Below are positions 12,922 to 24,698 of a stretch of DNA of 64,000 bases, piece by piece. The stretch is from Heptranchias perlo. Lineage: Eukaryota. The position numbers were made by a program, and so were the translations under genes. The notes under the pieces are model-generated. The model saw only the letters and a list, made by a program, of their open reading frames with translations, did not search any database and was not told the origin of the DNA. The stretch lies in assembly GCF_035084215.1 (NCBI RefSeq), contig NC_090359.1, positions 15,438,001 to 15,502,000 on the forward strand, written 5' to 3'. The stretch's first letter is position 1. Each line of letters starts with the position of its first letter.

Positions 12922-13152
12922 ATGTCCCTGACCCCGTCTCCCCGTGCGTCCCTGACCACGTCTCCCCGTGCGTCCCTGACCCCGTCTCCCCGTGCGTCCC
13001 TGACCCCGTCTCCCCGTGCGTCCCTGACCCCGTCTCCCCGTGCGTCCCTGACCCCGTCTCCCCGTGCGTCCCTGACCCCGTCTCCCCGTGCGTCCCTGAC
13101 CCCGTCTCCCTGTGTGTCCCTGACCCTGTCTCCCTGTGTGTCCCTGACCCTG
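12922..13152. repeat. 24-bp minisatellite (CCCTGACCCCGTCTCCCCGTGCGT)n, about 9.5 copies
   Basis: Near-perfect tandem units. Confidence 0.95.
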
Positions 13153-13777
13153 TATTTGGCGTTTTCCCCTTTCACTGTCTCTTTCTCTTTCTGACTGAAA
13201 CTTGTCTGATGAGTGGTAACACTGTCATACAAGGTACTTTCTGAATCCTCACTGCCTGTCTGTACAATTCACCTTCTCCCCCTAACCTCTGTGGTGTTGC
13301 CGTGGATTTCTTCCAAACACACATTGGCCTCACCCCTTCCTGCTTTGTCAACGTCTCTTCCTTTGAGCATTATCTCTGGACTCCTCCTCTTCGATCACCT
13401 CCCTGCTGATCCCCATACCCCGCCCTCCCATTGCTCCACTGATCAGATCTCATTGACTTCCTTTGGTTTCCTGACCCTCAACACATTCCCGAAAAGTCCC
13501 TCCAAGGTTTGCCTGTCCTACCTCTGCAAACGCCTCCATCTCCATGTCCCACACTCTTTGATCCTCCAACACTGGCCTTCTGTGCATTCACTCATTCCTC
13601 GGTTCCCCTTCTGCGGCAGTGCCTCCAGCTAACCCGGCTTTACTCTCTGTTAATCCCTTCTGAGTGACGGAAACTTCATCTACTCCTGTGAAATTCCTCC
13701 ATCGACTATTCTAACTGAGTCATTGGCCTGATTTTTAAAAAAAAGGCTTAACGTCTGTTTTGAAACATCAACAGACC

Positions 13778-14272
13778 TTCTGCGCCTGGATGCTTCCGTG
13801 TTTCATGTCTACAAGGAGTGTGAGAGGTTGCAGCCCCTGTTCCACTATTTAAAGGGGCTGCTCCACAACTTCTGGCTGCGTTTCAGTCCCACGCTCCTCA
13901 TCTTTGGCCACCGGGTGAGGAGGAGGGCGGGTCAGTCGGAGGATCTCCTCGTGGGCCTGTCCAAGGTGGCCATCCACAGGTCCAGGTTAGACGGGGCCCG
14001 TGGGGGCGGTCGCTCCAACTGTCGGCCTCTCTTCCCCGGATTTCTCCGCGCCTGGGTGGCCCTGGAGATGGAGCACGCGGTGTCTGCCGGTTCGCTTGGG
14101 GCTTTCCGCGACCGGGGGGCACCGCAGGGGCTGGAGTGCATCCTGGACCGATATAATAAAATTTAAATTTGACACTTATTTTGGGTTGTTTGGTTTTTCT
14201 GCACAGGAACACACCCTAAACCCCGCTTCTTGTGAAAGGGGGGCCTAAAAACACAAAAAAATCAAAAAAAAT
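13778..14272 (+). mobile_element. Tx1-clade LINE 3' end (same family as 50783-52632)
   Basis: SVFHVYKECERLQPLFHYLKGLL..FWL.FSPTLLIFG...QGLECILD..NKI; 3'UTR GGGGGGCCTAAAA then A-tail. Confidence 0.88.
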
Positions 14273-14870
14273 CAAGCGTCATTCTGACTGCACTTCCAGT
14301 AAACACTTCAGAACCGAGCTGAGTGGAGGTCTGAGCAGAGCAAAACGACAGCCCTTGCCTGCCTCCTGAATCCGGGAGAAGGCAGAAAAAAAAACCATCA
14401 GTGATTCCCAGACTATTGAGGACCAACGGCTGTTAAAATATCACAGACAGAGTTACAGGAATGTTTTAAGGGGGCCCAGAAATAGTTAAAAAAGAGAGAA
14501 TTAACCCCACAGATGCTGTAGGCGGGGCTCGATTATTACTCCGGTCCGGTGGAAACTAATATCCAGTCGCTAATTCACAGCCCTTCCTCCGGACAATTAC
14601 ATTTCGGGTCAGACTCCCTGAGGACGTTTTTAAAAAATGATCTGAATACAGGAACATGTTTTGATAATGTTACTGTCTGTTGCTTTTGCTCATTTTTTGT
14701 CGGCTGCTGTAAAATTAAATTTTGATCTAACTTTTGAGAAGAAATGTGTTTGAAGGAGATATCGATGGCCCTGATGCTGAGTCCCTTTGGTAAATTGAGG
14801 TGATAATTGTGATCTGGAATTGAGTTGTGATGTTGGGAAGTCAGTTCCAGCTTCACTTCAGCCGTTTTCC

Positions 14871-17240
14871 TCATTTGACCAATTTACCAATTAGAGTAAA
14901 CGGATATTTAATCACATTGAGCAGCTCCTCTCTGAACTTACTCTGGGTCACTGTGTAAATGGCCGTGTTCGTGCAGGAACTCAGAAGCTGAAGCAGAATT
15001 CCCGCTTGTTCGAAGGTTGCAAAAGGGTTAAACAAAGATCGGTGGTTAAAGACACCTGAAATTCGATAATATAAAAAATATACGACCGTTGTCATCCAGA
15101 GCAGGATAAAACTGGCGGATATGGCAAAAAGTAAAACGATGGACCTTCTGCGGTTCTTCATCTCAGGGTCCTTGTCATTCTCACCATTGCTGAGGTCCCG
15201 GAGGCTCCTTCGGGCCCGACTGGCCACTGAAATGCGTCTGACGGTGAGAGCATTAAACAATAAAATCAAACAGAATGGAAGCAACGGGGTTAACAGCTGT
15301 TCAATCCAAGAAAATGCGATCCATGCGGGTCGAATATAAAACTGTGATGATACACGACAACCCCGTGGTATATTGTTAACAGTACGGTAATGATCATACA
15401 CGAAGGGCCGGGGAATGTTCTTTAAACCGAACAGCGCGCTCAAAGTCACGATAATCACAAGTGAAGTTTTCTCGGTGCAATATTTTGTTTTCAGCTTCTG
15501 ACAACTAATGGCTACAAAACGATCAAAGGTAAAAGCGACCGTTAACCAAACAGAACTGTCTGTGGCAGTCGGAGCCAGGAAGAGAATGAATCTGCAAACA
15601 GGAGTGTGGAGCAGGAAAGTGTCCCACCAATAAAGATGAGCAATCCGATATAAGATCACATTACAGACAATCACCAGGAGATCCGCCGTCGCCATGGCCA
15701 CCAGGTAGCGAGTGATACATTTGGAGAGACCGCACTTTCCACGGGACAGGATCACAATCGCCAGCAAGTTCACTGAGAGAAAGAGAGAGACAGAAACAGT
15801 GAAATCACTAACCGGGCTGATCAATGAGCTCTCAGTTTAACCGATGTACATGGGCTATGATTGTGTTTATTTATTGGTTTTTCCCCTTGGCTTCTGCCTC
15901 CTGTTCCGAAGGAGCAGCTCATTCTGGGAGGTTCCTTTCGGGTGACGGTGGCCCCGGGATCCCTCACCCGACAGCTGAGTCTTCACTTGTGATCCTTGAG
16001 ATTAAGTTTATTCAGTCGATTCCGACACTGGGAGGTCCGCGGGGCAGGACGTCACCAACGATGAAAGTGAAAGGCGACAAGACGAGTTAAATCAGGAAAT
16101 ACAGACAAGGTGACTCTGGATTTGGCTTAAATCGTAATGCGGGGGAAAACCTAATGATTTGACCCACACAATACCAGAGACTTTGATTTTAGAAAATACA
16201 TTGAAAACACGAGCCTGGTATTGAGTTGCTGCCCGTCATCTTTCAGTAATTAATTAGATGAGGTTTCCAGTGGAGTATTGTGAATGCATCATGACACAAT
16301 ATGTCAAGGAATTTAATTCTGTAACGTGCTCCAGTTATAACCAGGTCCAGTCTTTATATCTCAGCACAAGGCGTGAGAAAAACAAAGGACAGTCGGATCC
16401 TCGGAATAAGAGATCGATCCCAGGAGCCGCGCGGAATAAGAACAAATCACCGCCAACTCTCACTCATGGTCTCCAGTTCATCCCCCTCCCGAACCAGTGT
16501 CAAGACTGGTTTCCCCACTCTCCACAATAACACACATGGACTGAAGTATACAGTCATCGTCATTCAACTAGTCCAAACAATACTTTAAACATCAAATACA
16601 TCAAAAGTCCTGTGAAGCCATTTTGCTGAAATATAATTATGATCTGAGAGGAACATTTGACGGGAACACAAGATTGTACCTTCGAGTGAGGAGGACAGTT
16701 TCTGTCATATGTTTTATTTATCTGATGCGTATTCCGTTTGTTCCCTGTCTTTCTATCCTGAAGACACTGACTCATGCCGGGATACACAGCCACAATCTGC
16801 TCTCCGGAACCCCAGGCGATCGGTCCTCGGGAAACACGACAATCTCACCCGGTCCTTCCTCACCCGATCTCCACAACAGGCGCGCTTTCCACCAGGAGGC
16901 AGTGGATTACACTCAGGACTGTGCGCCCTGCCTGTTTTACCCCTGCCTGGCCAGGGAGCACCAAGGACACATTTAGACCCCAGACTCGACAGTTCAGCAC
17001 AGAGCGAGGGTGAGTTACTCGGTGCATTGACCAATGGGACAAGGATGGAAGTTTTAACTGTATCACAAAACGGTGAAGAATAACATTCTACATTTACCAG
17101 GCTCAGAGCACAAACAGCAATATCGTTAAACATTCTGTTACTTACACCGTACGTGCTGATAATGACTTACCAGGTACTCCAATTGCTGCCAGAACAGGGT
17201 AATAAACGAATTCTATCTGCGTAAATGGAGACAAATGCAT
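14871..17240 (-). CDS. Class A orphan GPCR, GPR139/GPR142-like (323 aa, 2 exons)
   Basis: Exon 1 17240-17171 (MHLSPFTQIEFVYYPVLAAIGVP, GTAAGT donor) joined to exon 2 15772-14871 (CAG acceptor): 972 nt in frame. 7TM pattern with YLVAMATADLL, TFDRFVAI and SSCTNTAIY. Confidence 0.9.
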
Positions 17241-17299
17241 TTCTGTGTGGAGACGATGTCTTTCGGTGCTGTGAAGAGGTATGCGAACTGCGATAGTCA

Positions 17300-17421
17300 C
17301 CTGAGGAAGGAGGAAGCCTCCGAAAGCTTGTGAATTTAAAATAAAATTGCTGGACTATAACTTGGTGTTGTAAAATTGTTTACAATTGTCAACCCCAGTC
17401 CATCACCGGCATCTCCACATC
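17300..17421 (+). mobile_element. Penelope-like element terminus with hammerhead-like core
   Basis: CTGAGGA-A-GGAGG/AAG/CCTCC-GAAA at 17301-17325; flanked by ATAGTCA direct repeats (17293-17299, 17422-17428). Confidence 0.65.
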
Positions 17422-17454
17422 ATAGTCAGGTAACGAAGTTAAAACAGCGGGATA

Positions 17455-17464
17455 CTTATATGTA
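17455..17464 (-). promoter_or_regulatory. Putative TATA-like box of the GPCR gene
   Basis: Minus strand CATATAAG; predicted 5'UTR is about 60 nt once the Penelope insert is removed. Confidence 0.35.
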
Positions 17465-18669
17465 AATAAACCCCTAATGGGATAATTAGATCGCATCCCG
17501 ACTGACATCACATATTATTTACAGACTCCTGAACAAATAAGTTTTGGTCCCATCTGACCTTTGACTATCACACTCATTAAGGTGACGGAACATTACACAT
17601 CGACCAGCTAAGTAACCTTTTGGAACAATGAATTGTATAATGAAAGAGTCACAATTTTTAAGTTTAATAAATTACATGAAGATTGAAACCACAAGCACAC
17701 AGTGTAAGAAATATCGAAACCCAGTTCACCAATGTAACATTTTTACTTGAATCTTCTGTACTCCCATTCCCAGGCCGGTCCTGCTGTTCCCTCTCTCGCC
17801 CTACTATGTAATTTAGCACAGTCCGTGTCACCTTGTTTCACTCATTCCCCCTCTTTCTGTCTCTCTCAATTCCCAGGCCTCTCTCCCTCACACAAACTCC
17901 TTTTACTTGACTCCCAAATTTCTCTCTCTGTTAATCTACCTCTTTTATTCCCTCTTTCTCTGGAACTCCATTTTCTTCCTGATTTCCTCTCTTTCTGGCT
18001 AACGTTAGTTAACTCAAAATGATTTTTGAGACTGAGATTGATAGATTTTTATTTGATGAAGATATCAAGGGATATGGATCAAAGGCGGGTAATTTGAGTT
18101 GAGGTACAGATCAGCCATGATCTGACTGAATGGCGGCACAGGATCGAGGGGCTGAATGACCCACTTCTGTTCTTATAAGATAATTTTTCACTTCTTTATT
18201 ATTGGCCGCAGCTCACACTATGGTCTCAAACGAGTTGTTACTCACTCTTTTCTGCCAGCTGGTGGAATTTACGTTAAAGTCCGGCTGATCTCTGCATCTC
18301 AGTGAAAGACAGAGCCAAGCATAGTTCTGGGAGCCTTTGATACTTGTCTGACCGCTGCAGGCAGACCACAGCTCTTAAAGGGACAGTGCACCAAAAATCC
18401 AGAACCACAAGCTGAAGGGAAGCAAGCAACAATGTCCCGACAGGTCACTCAGCAGCTGGGCAGCAGCTCATGGCCTAGTGTTTGACGACAGTCCTTTTAT
18501 CATTTACTCTAAAACCCGAGTCACACACAACATTCTAGAAACACTCAGCGAGTCGGGCCCCATCTGTGGAGAGAACAGACCAATTAACTGAGATCTCAAT
18601 GAGACGAGGAACAAGACACGGCCCCCTGTGAGAAACAAAGAACTTTCATTTATATAGCACCTTTCACAT

Positions 18670-18845
18670 CCGCCTTTAAGACACTCCGTAAAACCTGCGT
18701 ATTTGACCGAGCTTTTGGTCACCTGTCCTAATGTCTCCTTATGTGGCTCGGTGTCAAATTTTGTTTTAAAATCGCTCCTTTGAAGCGCCTTGGGACGTTT
18801 CACCACCTTAAAGGTGCAATATAAATGCAAGTTATTGTTGATGTT
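18670..18845 (+). mobile_element. L2 LINE/SINE 3' tail
   Basis: GTGGCTCGGTGTCAAATTTTG...GAAGCGCCTTGGGACGTTT...ATAAATGCAAGTT(GTT)n; similar tail at 25210-25337. Confidence 0.7.
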
Positions 18846-19059
18846 ATTCACAGCAAGATTGTTCGTTTCATTTCTTCCTCATTATTGTGGTTCTGACATC
18901 GAGGTGAAGAGTGACAGAGAGCAGATTTTAAAACCGTTGGAATATCAGTGAAATTAAATTGTGGCAAGTGAGAAACTCCGAGTCAGTATTGCTCTGTATT
19001 TCCTGCATCCAATATTGCAGATAAATGAAAGTGAAGCTTTTGAAGGCAGAAAGTTTAAT

Positions 19060-19131
19060 CGCCCCATCGGAGGAATTGAACTCCTGTCTTTCCACGTGAC
19101 AGGCGAAGACACTCATCACTATACTGCTGGA
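19060..19131 (-). pseudogene. tRNA-Asp(GTC) pseudogene
   Basis: Diverged copy of TCCTCGTTAGTATAGTGGTGAGTATCCCCGCCTGTCACGCGG...; acceptor and anticodon stems broken. Confidence 0.8.
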
Positions 19132-19134
19132 TAA

Positions 19135-19448
19135 GGCCATCCCTGATCACTTCCTTGTATCCCTCTGTACCCACATCACCCTTCCCCCTCCAAAACCCAC
19201 TTCATTCTGTGTTCGCCCATCAAAAAAACCCTCCCCCCAAGTCACTTACAATCACAATTTCAAAGTCCCAACTGTCCAGCCTTTGGCCCTCCATTCACCA
19301 TGACATTTCTGCAGCGACCGATCTGCTCAATCACACTCTCACCTCCACTTTTTATGCGGTTGTCCTCGTTAAAACCATTACTCTCTCTCACACTGTTCGG
19401 CCACCCTGGTACAGTTCTCGTCTCCTCTCCCTTAAGCCCAAGGGAAAG
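19135..19448 (+). mobile_element. L2 LINE fragment
   Basis: DISAATDLLNHTLTSTF...PWY peptide; homologous to 30030-30990. Confidence 0.7.
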
Positions 19449-22400
19449 GGTACGGTCGCATAGTGATTATGTTACTGGACGAGTAATCCAGTAGGCCCGG
19501 ACTAATAATCGGGAGTCATGAGTTCAAATCTCCACCACAGGAGCTGGGGAATTTAAAATCAGTTATTTAAATAAAATCTGGACTGAAAAGCTACTGTCAG
19601 AAATGGTAACCATGAACATACCGGATTGTCATAAAAACCCCTCTGGTTCACTAATGCCCCCCTCAGGGAAGGAAACATGCCGTCCTCAGACCAATAGCAA
19701 TGAGGTTGATTCTTAACGGTTCTCTGAAATGGCCTAACAAGCGACTCAGTTGCACAATCCCGCTACGTAATAAGAATAAAACAATACGGGCCACACGCAC
19801 CGAACAAGGCTCAGGCAATCCAAGCACAGTTGACCCTACGAAGTTCACCTCACGAACATTAGGGGACTTGTGCCAAAATTGGGACAGCTGTCCCAGAGAT
19901 TGGTCAAGCAACAGCCTGAAATAGCGACACTCACAGAATCATGCCTTTCAGCTAAAGCCCGAGACTCCTCGATCATTATCCCTGGGTATGTCTTGACCCA
20001 CCAGAGGTGGCAGCACAGTGGTATACAGTCAGGAGGGAGTGGCCGTGACAGTCCGCAACAGTTGACTCTGGACACCATGAAATGTCATGGTTTCAGGTCA
20101 AACAAGGGGAAGGAAACCTCCTGCTGATTCCCACTTACCGACCTCCCTCAGCTGATGAATCGTTACTCCTCCCTGTTGAGCACCACTTGGAGGAAGCAGT
20201 GAGGGTAGCAAGTGCACCGGATGTACTCTGAGTGGGGAAACCTCACTGTCCATCACCAAGAGTGGTTTGGTAGCACCACTGCTGGCCGAGTCCTGAAGGA
20301 CATAACTGCCATACTGGGATTGTGGCAGGTGGTGAGAGAACAAACATGAGGGAAAAACCTTTTGGACTTCGTCCACATCAATCTACCTGTCGCAGATGCA
20401 TCTGCCCATGACAGCATTGGTTGGACCGACCACTGCATAGTCCTTATGGAGACGAAATTCCGACTTCACACTGTCCAGCATATTGTGTGGTGGCCGTGCT
20501 CAATGGGATAGATTCAGAACGGATCTATGCAACTCCAAACTGGTGCTGTGGGCCAACAGCAGCAGCTGAATTGTATTCCACCACAATCTGTAACCTCATG
20601 GCCCGGCATATACCTCACTCTACCATTACCAACAAGCCAATGGATCAACCCTGGTTCAATGAGGGGTGTAGAAGAGCGTGTCAGGAGCAGCACCAGGAGT
20701 ACCTAAAATGAGGTGTCAACCTGGTGAAGCTACAATTGTCCTACAACACAGGACTACATGCAAGCCAAACAACAGAAGTAGCATGCTGGAGAGCACAGCT
20801 AAGCAATCCCACAACCAACGGAGCAGATCAAAGCTCTGCAGTCCTGCCACATCCAGTCCTGAATGGTGATGGACAATCATCCTCAATGATGGCAGAGCCC
20901 AGCACGTGAGTGCAAAAGACAAGGCTGAAGTGTTTGCAACCATCTTCAGCCGGAAGTGCCAAATGGATGATCCTTCTCGGTCTCCTCCTGAGATCCCCAC
21001 CATCACAGAAGCCAGTCTTCAGCTAATTCGATTCACCCCACGTGATATCAAGGAACGGCTGAGCGCATTGGATTCAGCAAAGGCAAAGGGCCCTGACAAA
21101 ATCCCAGCTGCAGTGCTGGAGACTTGTGTTCCAGAACTAAATGCGCCTCTAGCCAAGCTGTTCCAGTACAGCTACAACACTGGCATCTACCCAACAAAGT
21201 GGTTAATTGCCCAGGTATGTCCTGTCCACAAAAAACAGGAGAAATCCAATTCATCCAATAACCGCCCCATCAGTCTACTCTCAAAGATCAGCAGAGTGAT
21301 GGAAGGTGTCGTCGACAGTGTTATCAAGCAGCATTTACTCACGAATCACCTTCTCACCGATGCTCAGTTTTGGTTCCACCAGGATCACTCGGCTCCAGAC
21401 TTCATTACGGCCTTGGTCCAAACATGGACAAAAGAGCTGAATGCCAAAGCTGAGGTGAGAGTGATTGCCCTTGACACCAAGGCAGCTTTTGACCGAGTGT
21501 GGCATCAAGGAGCCCTAATAAAATTGAAGTAAATGTGAATCAGAGACAAAACTCTCCAGTGGCTGGCGTCATAGCTAGCACAGAGGAAGATGATAGTGAT
21601 TGTTGGAGGCCAATCATCTCAGCCCCAGGACATCGCTGCAGGAGTTCCTCAGGGCAGTGTCCTAGGCCCAACCATCTTCAGCTGCTTCATCAATGACATT
21701 CACTCCATCATAAGGTCAGAAGTGGGGTGTTCGCTACTGATTGCACTGTGTTCAGTTTCATTCACAACCCCTCAGATAATGAAACAGTCCGTTCTCACAT
21801 GCAGCAAAACCTGGACAACATCCAGGCTTGGGCGGATAAGTGGCAATTAACATTCACGCCAGACAAGTGACAGGCAATGATCATCTCCAAGAGAGAGTCC
21901 AACCACTTCCCCTTGACATTTAATTTCATTACTGTTGCCGAATCGCCCACCATCAACATCCTGGGTGTCACCATTCACCGGAAACTTAACTGGTGAAGCC
22001 ACATAAATACTGTGGCTGCAGGAGCAGATCAGAGGCTGGGTATTCTGCGGCGACTGACTCACCTCCTGACTCCCCAAACCCTTTCCACCATCAACAAGGC
22101 ACTAATCAGGAGTGTGAAGAAATACTCGCCACTTGCGTGGATGAGAGCAGCTCCAACAACACTCAAGAAACTCGACACCATCCAGGACAAAACAGCCCGC
22201 TTGATTGGCACCTCATCCACCTTAAACATTCACTCCCTCCACCACCGGCGCACCGTGGCTGCAGTGTGTACCATCCACAGGAAGCAATGCAGCAACTCGC
22301 CAAAGCTTCTTCGTAAGGACCTCCCAAAACCTCGACTCTACCACCTAGAAGGAAAAGGGCAGCAGGTCCACGGGAACAACACCACCTGCACAGTCCCTTT

Positions 22401-22628
22401 CAATTCACACACCATCCTGACTTGGAAGTACATCGCTGTTCCTTCATCATCGCTGGGTCAAAATCCTGGAACTCCCCATCTACCAGCACTGTGGGAGTAC
22501 CTTCACCATACAGACTGCAGCGGTTCAAGAACGGAAGCTCACCACCACCTTCTCAAGGGCAATGAGGGATGAGCAATACCTGCTGGCCTTGCCAGCAATG
22601 CCCACATCCCATGAAAGAATAAAAAAAA
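19449..22628 (+). mobile_element. Near full-length CR1-group (L2B/Crack-like) LINE with single EN-RT ORF, frameshifted, tRNA-like 5' head
   Basis: APE endonuclease remnants (IATLTES, SIIIPGY), RT motifs KAKGPDKIP, RPISLLS, DTKAAFDRVWH, GVPQGSVLGP; ends CCCACATCCCATGAAAGAAT(A)n. Confidence 0.85.
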
Positions 22629-23009
22629 TCATCCAAATAACCTCTGGTCTGTCTCTCCCTATGTTTGAGTCACTCTATGTTTATATGTATGCGTGTGTGT
22701 CTGTTTCTTTGTGTAGGTGTGTCTTTCTGTGTATTTTTGTGTCTGTCGATGCATGCGTGTGTCTCACATTTTCTATGTTTTCCTGAATGCGTCTGTTTCT
22801 CCTTCTTTCTCTCTCTCACTCTCTCCCGCGCTCCCCACATAATTTTACTCTGGACATAATTGAACAAAGAGATGAAAAAGTGGTCGGGAAGTCTTTTTTC
22901 AACAGTGGCCTGTGGAAAATTAAACAAACTGTCATCAAACAATCGTTCAAAAAGAATCAGTAAAACATGAAGCATCTGTGGTGAATGTACGGTAACACCC
23001 AGCATCGAT

Positions 23010-23081
23010 TCCTCGTTAGTACAGTGGTGAGTATCCCCGCCTGTCACGTGGGAGACAGGGGTTCAATTTCCCGACGAGGAG
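23010..23081 (+). tRNA. tRNA-Asp(GTC), variant, possibly non-functional
   Basis: 72-nt TCCTCGTTAGTACAGTGGTGAGTATCCCCGCCTGTCACGTGGGAGACAGGGGTTCAATTTCCCGACGAGGAG; several substitutions relative to the canonical vertebrate sequence. Confidence 0.7.
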
Positions 23082-24156
23082 GTTATTGCTGCTTTAGAAG
23101 TTTCACTTTCATTTATCTGCAATATTGGATGTTGAAAATACAATGAAAAACTGACTCGGCCTTTCCCACTTCCACAATTTGATTTCACAGCGATTTTAAA
23201 ATCTGCTCTCTGCCTCACTCTTCAGCTCGATGTGAGAACCACAATGATGGGCAAGAAATAAAATGCAGAATTGTGCTGTGGACAGACCGGGTCTGAGTCA
23301 CCAGCCCGAAACAGGGAGAGACCGATCGAGAGAGAGAGACAGACAGAAAGAAAAAAGATGGAGATACAGAGAGAGACAGGTCTCGGAACAGGCGCAGATG
23401 AGAAAGCAGACTCGGAAGATCTCACATACAGCAATGAAAAGGATGCATGTTTCAGTGAATCTATTTTAACTCCTTCTTTGATGACAGTTTGTTTAACTTT
23501 CCACATGCCACTGTTGAAAGAAGACTTACTTTCTATCTCTTTGTTAGTCAAGGTCCAGAGAAAAATTATGTGGGGAACAGGGAAAAAGTGACAGAAAGAA
23601 AGAAAGAGAGAGACACTCAGAAACGGGTAGAAAAAGTGAGACACACGCAGACATATTCACACATACACAAACACACACATTCATAGCTACATACACACTC
23701 ACACAAAGACACACCGGCATGTACACACAAACATACACCCTCCAATAACCTGAAAGTAACACAGGACTACTTGCCAAACAGCAGAAGCAGCATGCTATAG
23801 ACAGAGCAAAGCAATCCCACAACCAACGGATCTTCTGCAGTCCTGCCACACCCAGTTGTGAATGGTGGTGGTCAATTAAACAACTAACGGGAGGAGGCTC
23901 TGTGAACATCCCCATCCTCAATGATGGTAAAGCCCAGCACGTGAGTGCAAAAGACAAGGCTGAGCTGTGAGCAACCATCTTCACAGAAGCAAGTCTTACA
24001 TCGAGGTGAAGAATGACGCACAGAGCAGATTTTAAAACCGCTGGAATATCAGTTCATTTAAATTGAGGAAAGTGGGAATCTCCGAGTTAGTTTTGCACTG
24101 CACTTTCCACATCCAATATTGGAGATAAAAGCTTTTGAAGGCAGCGAAAGTTTAAC

Positions 24157-24228
24157 CTCCTCGTTGGGGAATTGAACCCCGGTCTCCCACGTGACAGGTG
24201 GGGATACTCACCACTATACTAACGAGGA
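24157..24228 (-). tRNA. tRNA-Asp(GTC)
   Basis: 72 nt; anticodon stem compensated (CCCAC/GTGGG); one T-stem mismatch. Confidence 0.75.
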
Positions 24229-24420
24229 ACTACTATACTGATTCTACACTCACCCCAGATGGCGTTAAAAATGCTTCATGTGTCAGTGAATTTCTTTTAA
24301 CTATTTATTTGATCACAGTTTGTTTAATTTTCCACGGGCCACCGTTGAAAGAACCTTTAACATTTCCATCTCTTTGTTAGACAACGAACAACTGACTCTG
24401 TCTTTCTTTCGTTCTTTCTT

Positions 24421-24480
24421 TCTCTTTTATCGTGGTGAGTTGCCCCGCCTTAGTCCGTGGTTTAATTCCCCGACGGGGAG
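24421..24480 (+). pseudogene. tRNA-Asp pseudogene lacking the anticodon arm
   Basis: GTGGTGAGTTGCCCCGCCT...TTTAATTCCCCGACGGGGAG; same lesion at 36109-36167 and 38251-38310. Confidence 0.7.
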
Positions 24481-24614
24481 GAAGCATTTATTAGACGCCA
24501 ACTTTAATTTTATGTCTTCGCCAAGCTTCTTCCTAAAAAAAACTACAGAGAAAAATAAACAGCTGATTGTTGCTTTCAGAATATTATTGAACGGGGACTG
24601 GATGCAGAGCAATT

Positions 24615-24698
24615 GTGATTTTAACTAACTAGTGATTAAGGTGATAGTTTGGAAATCCATTCGTTTACCCCGCGGAGGTTCGAATCTGGTAGATTTCA
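24615..24698 (+). pseudogene. tRNA-Ser pseudogene
   Basis: AGTGATTAAGGTGAT...GAAATCCATT...CCCCGCG.AGGTTCGAATC resembles tRNA-Ser(AGA/TGA). Confidence 0.6.

Noticed and set aside
12892-13232. RGD/SPR-rich repeat proteins
   Set aside because: Translations of a 24-bp minisatellite.
14575-14874. 99-aa ORF overlapping the GPCR stop (operon-like ATGA)
   Set aside because: Eukaryotic 3'UTR with no recognisable domain; probably chance.
15773-15824. ORF-track N-terminus of the GPCR (MISPVSDF...)
   Set aside because: Intronic polypyrimidine tract; the real first exon is 17240-17171.
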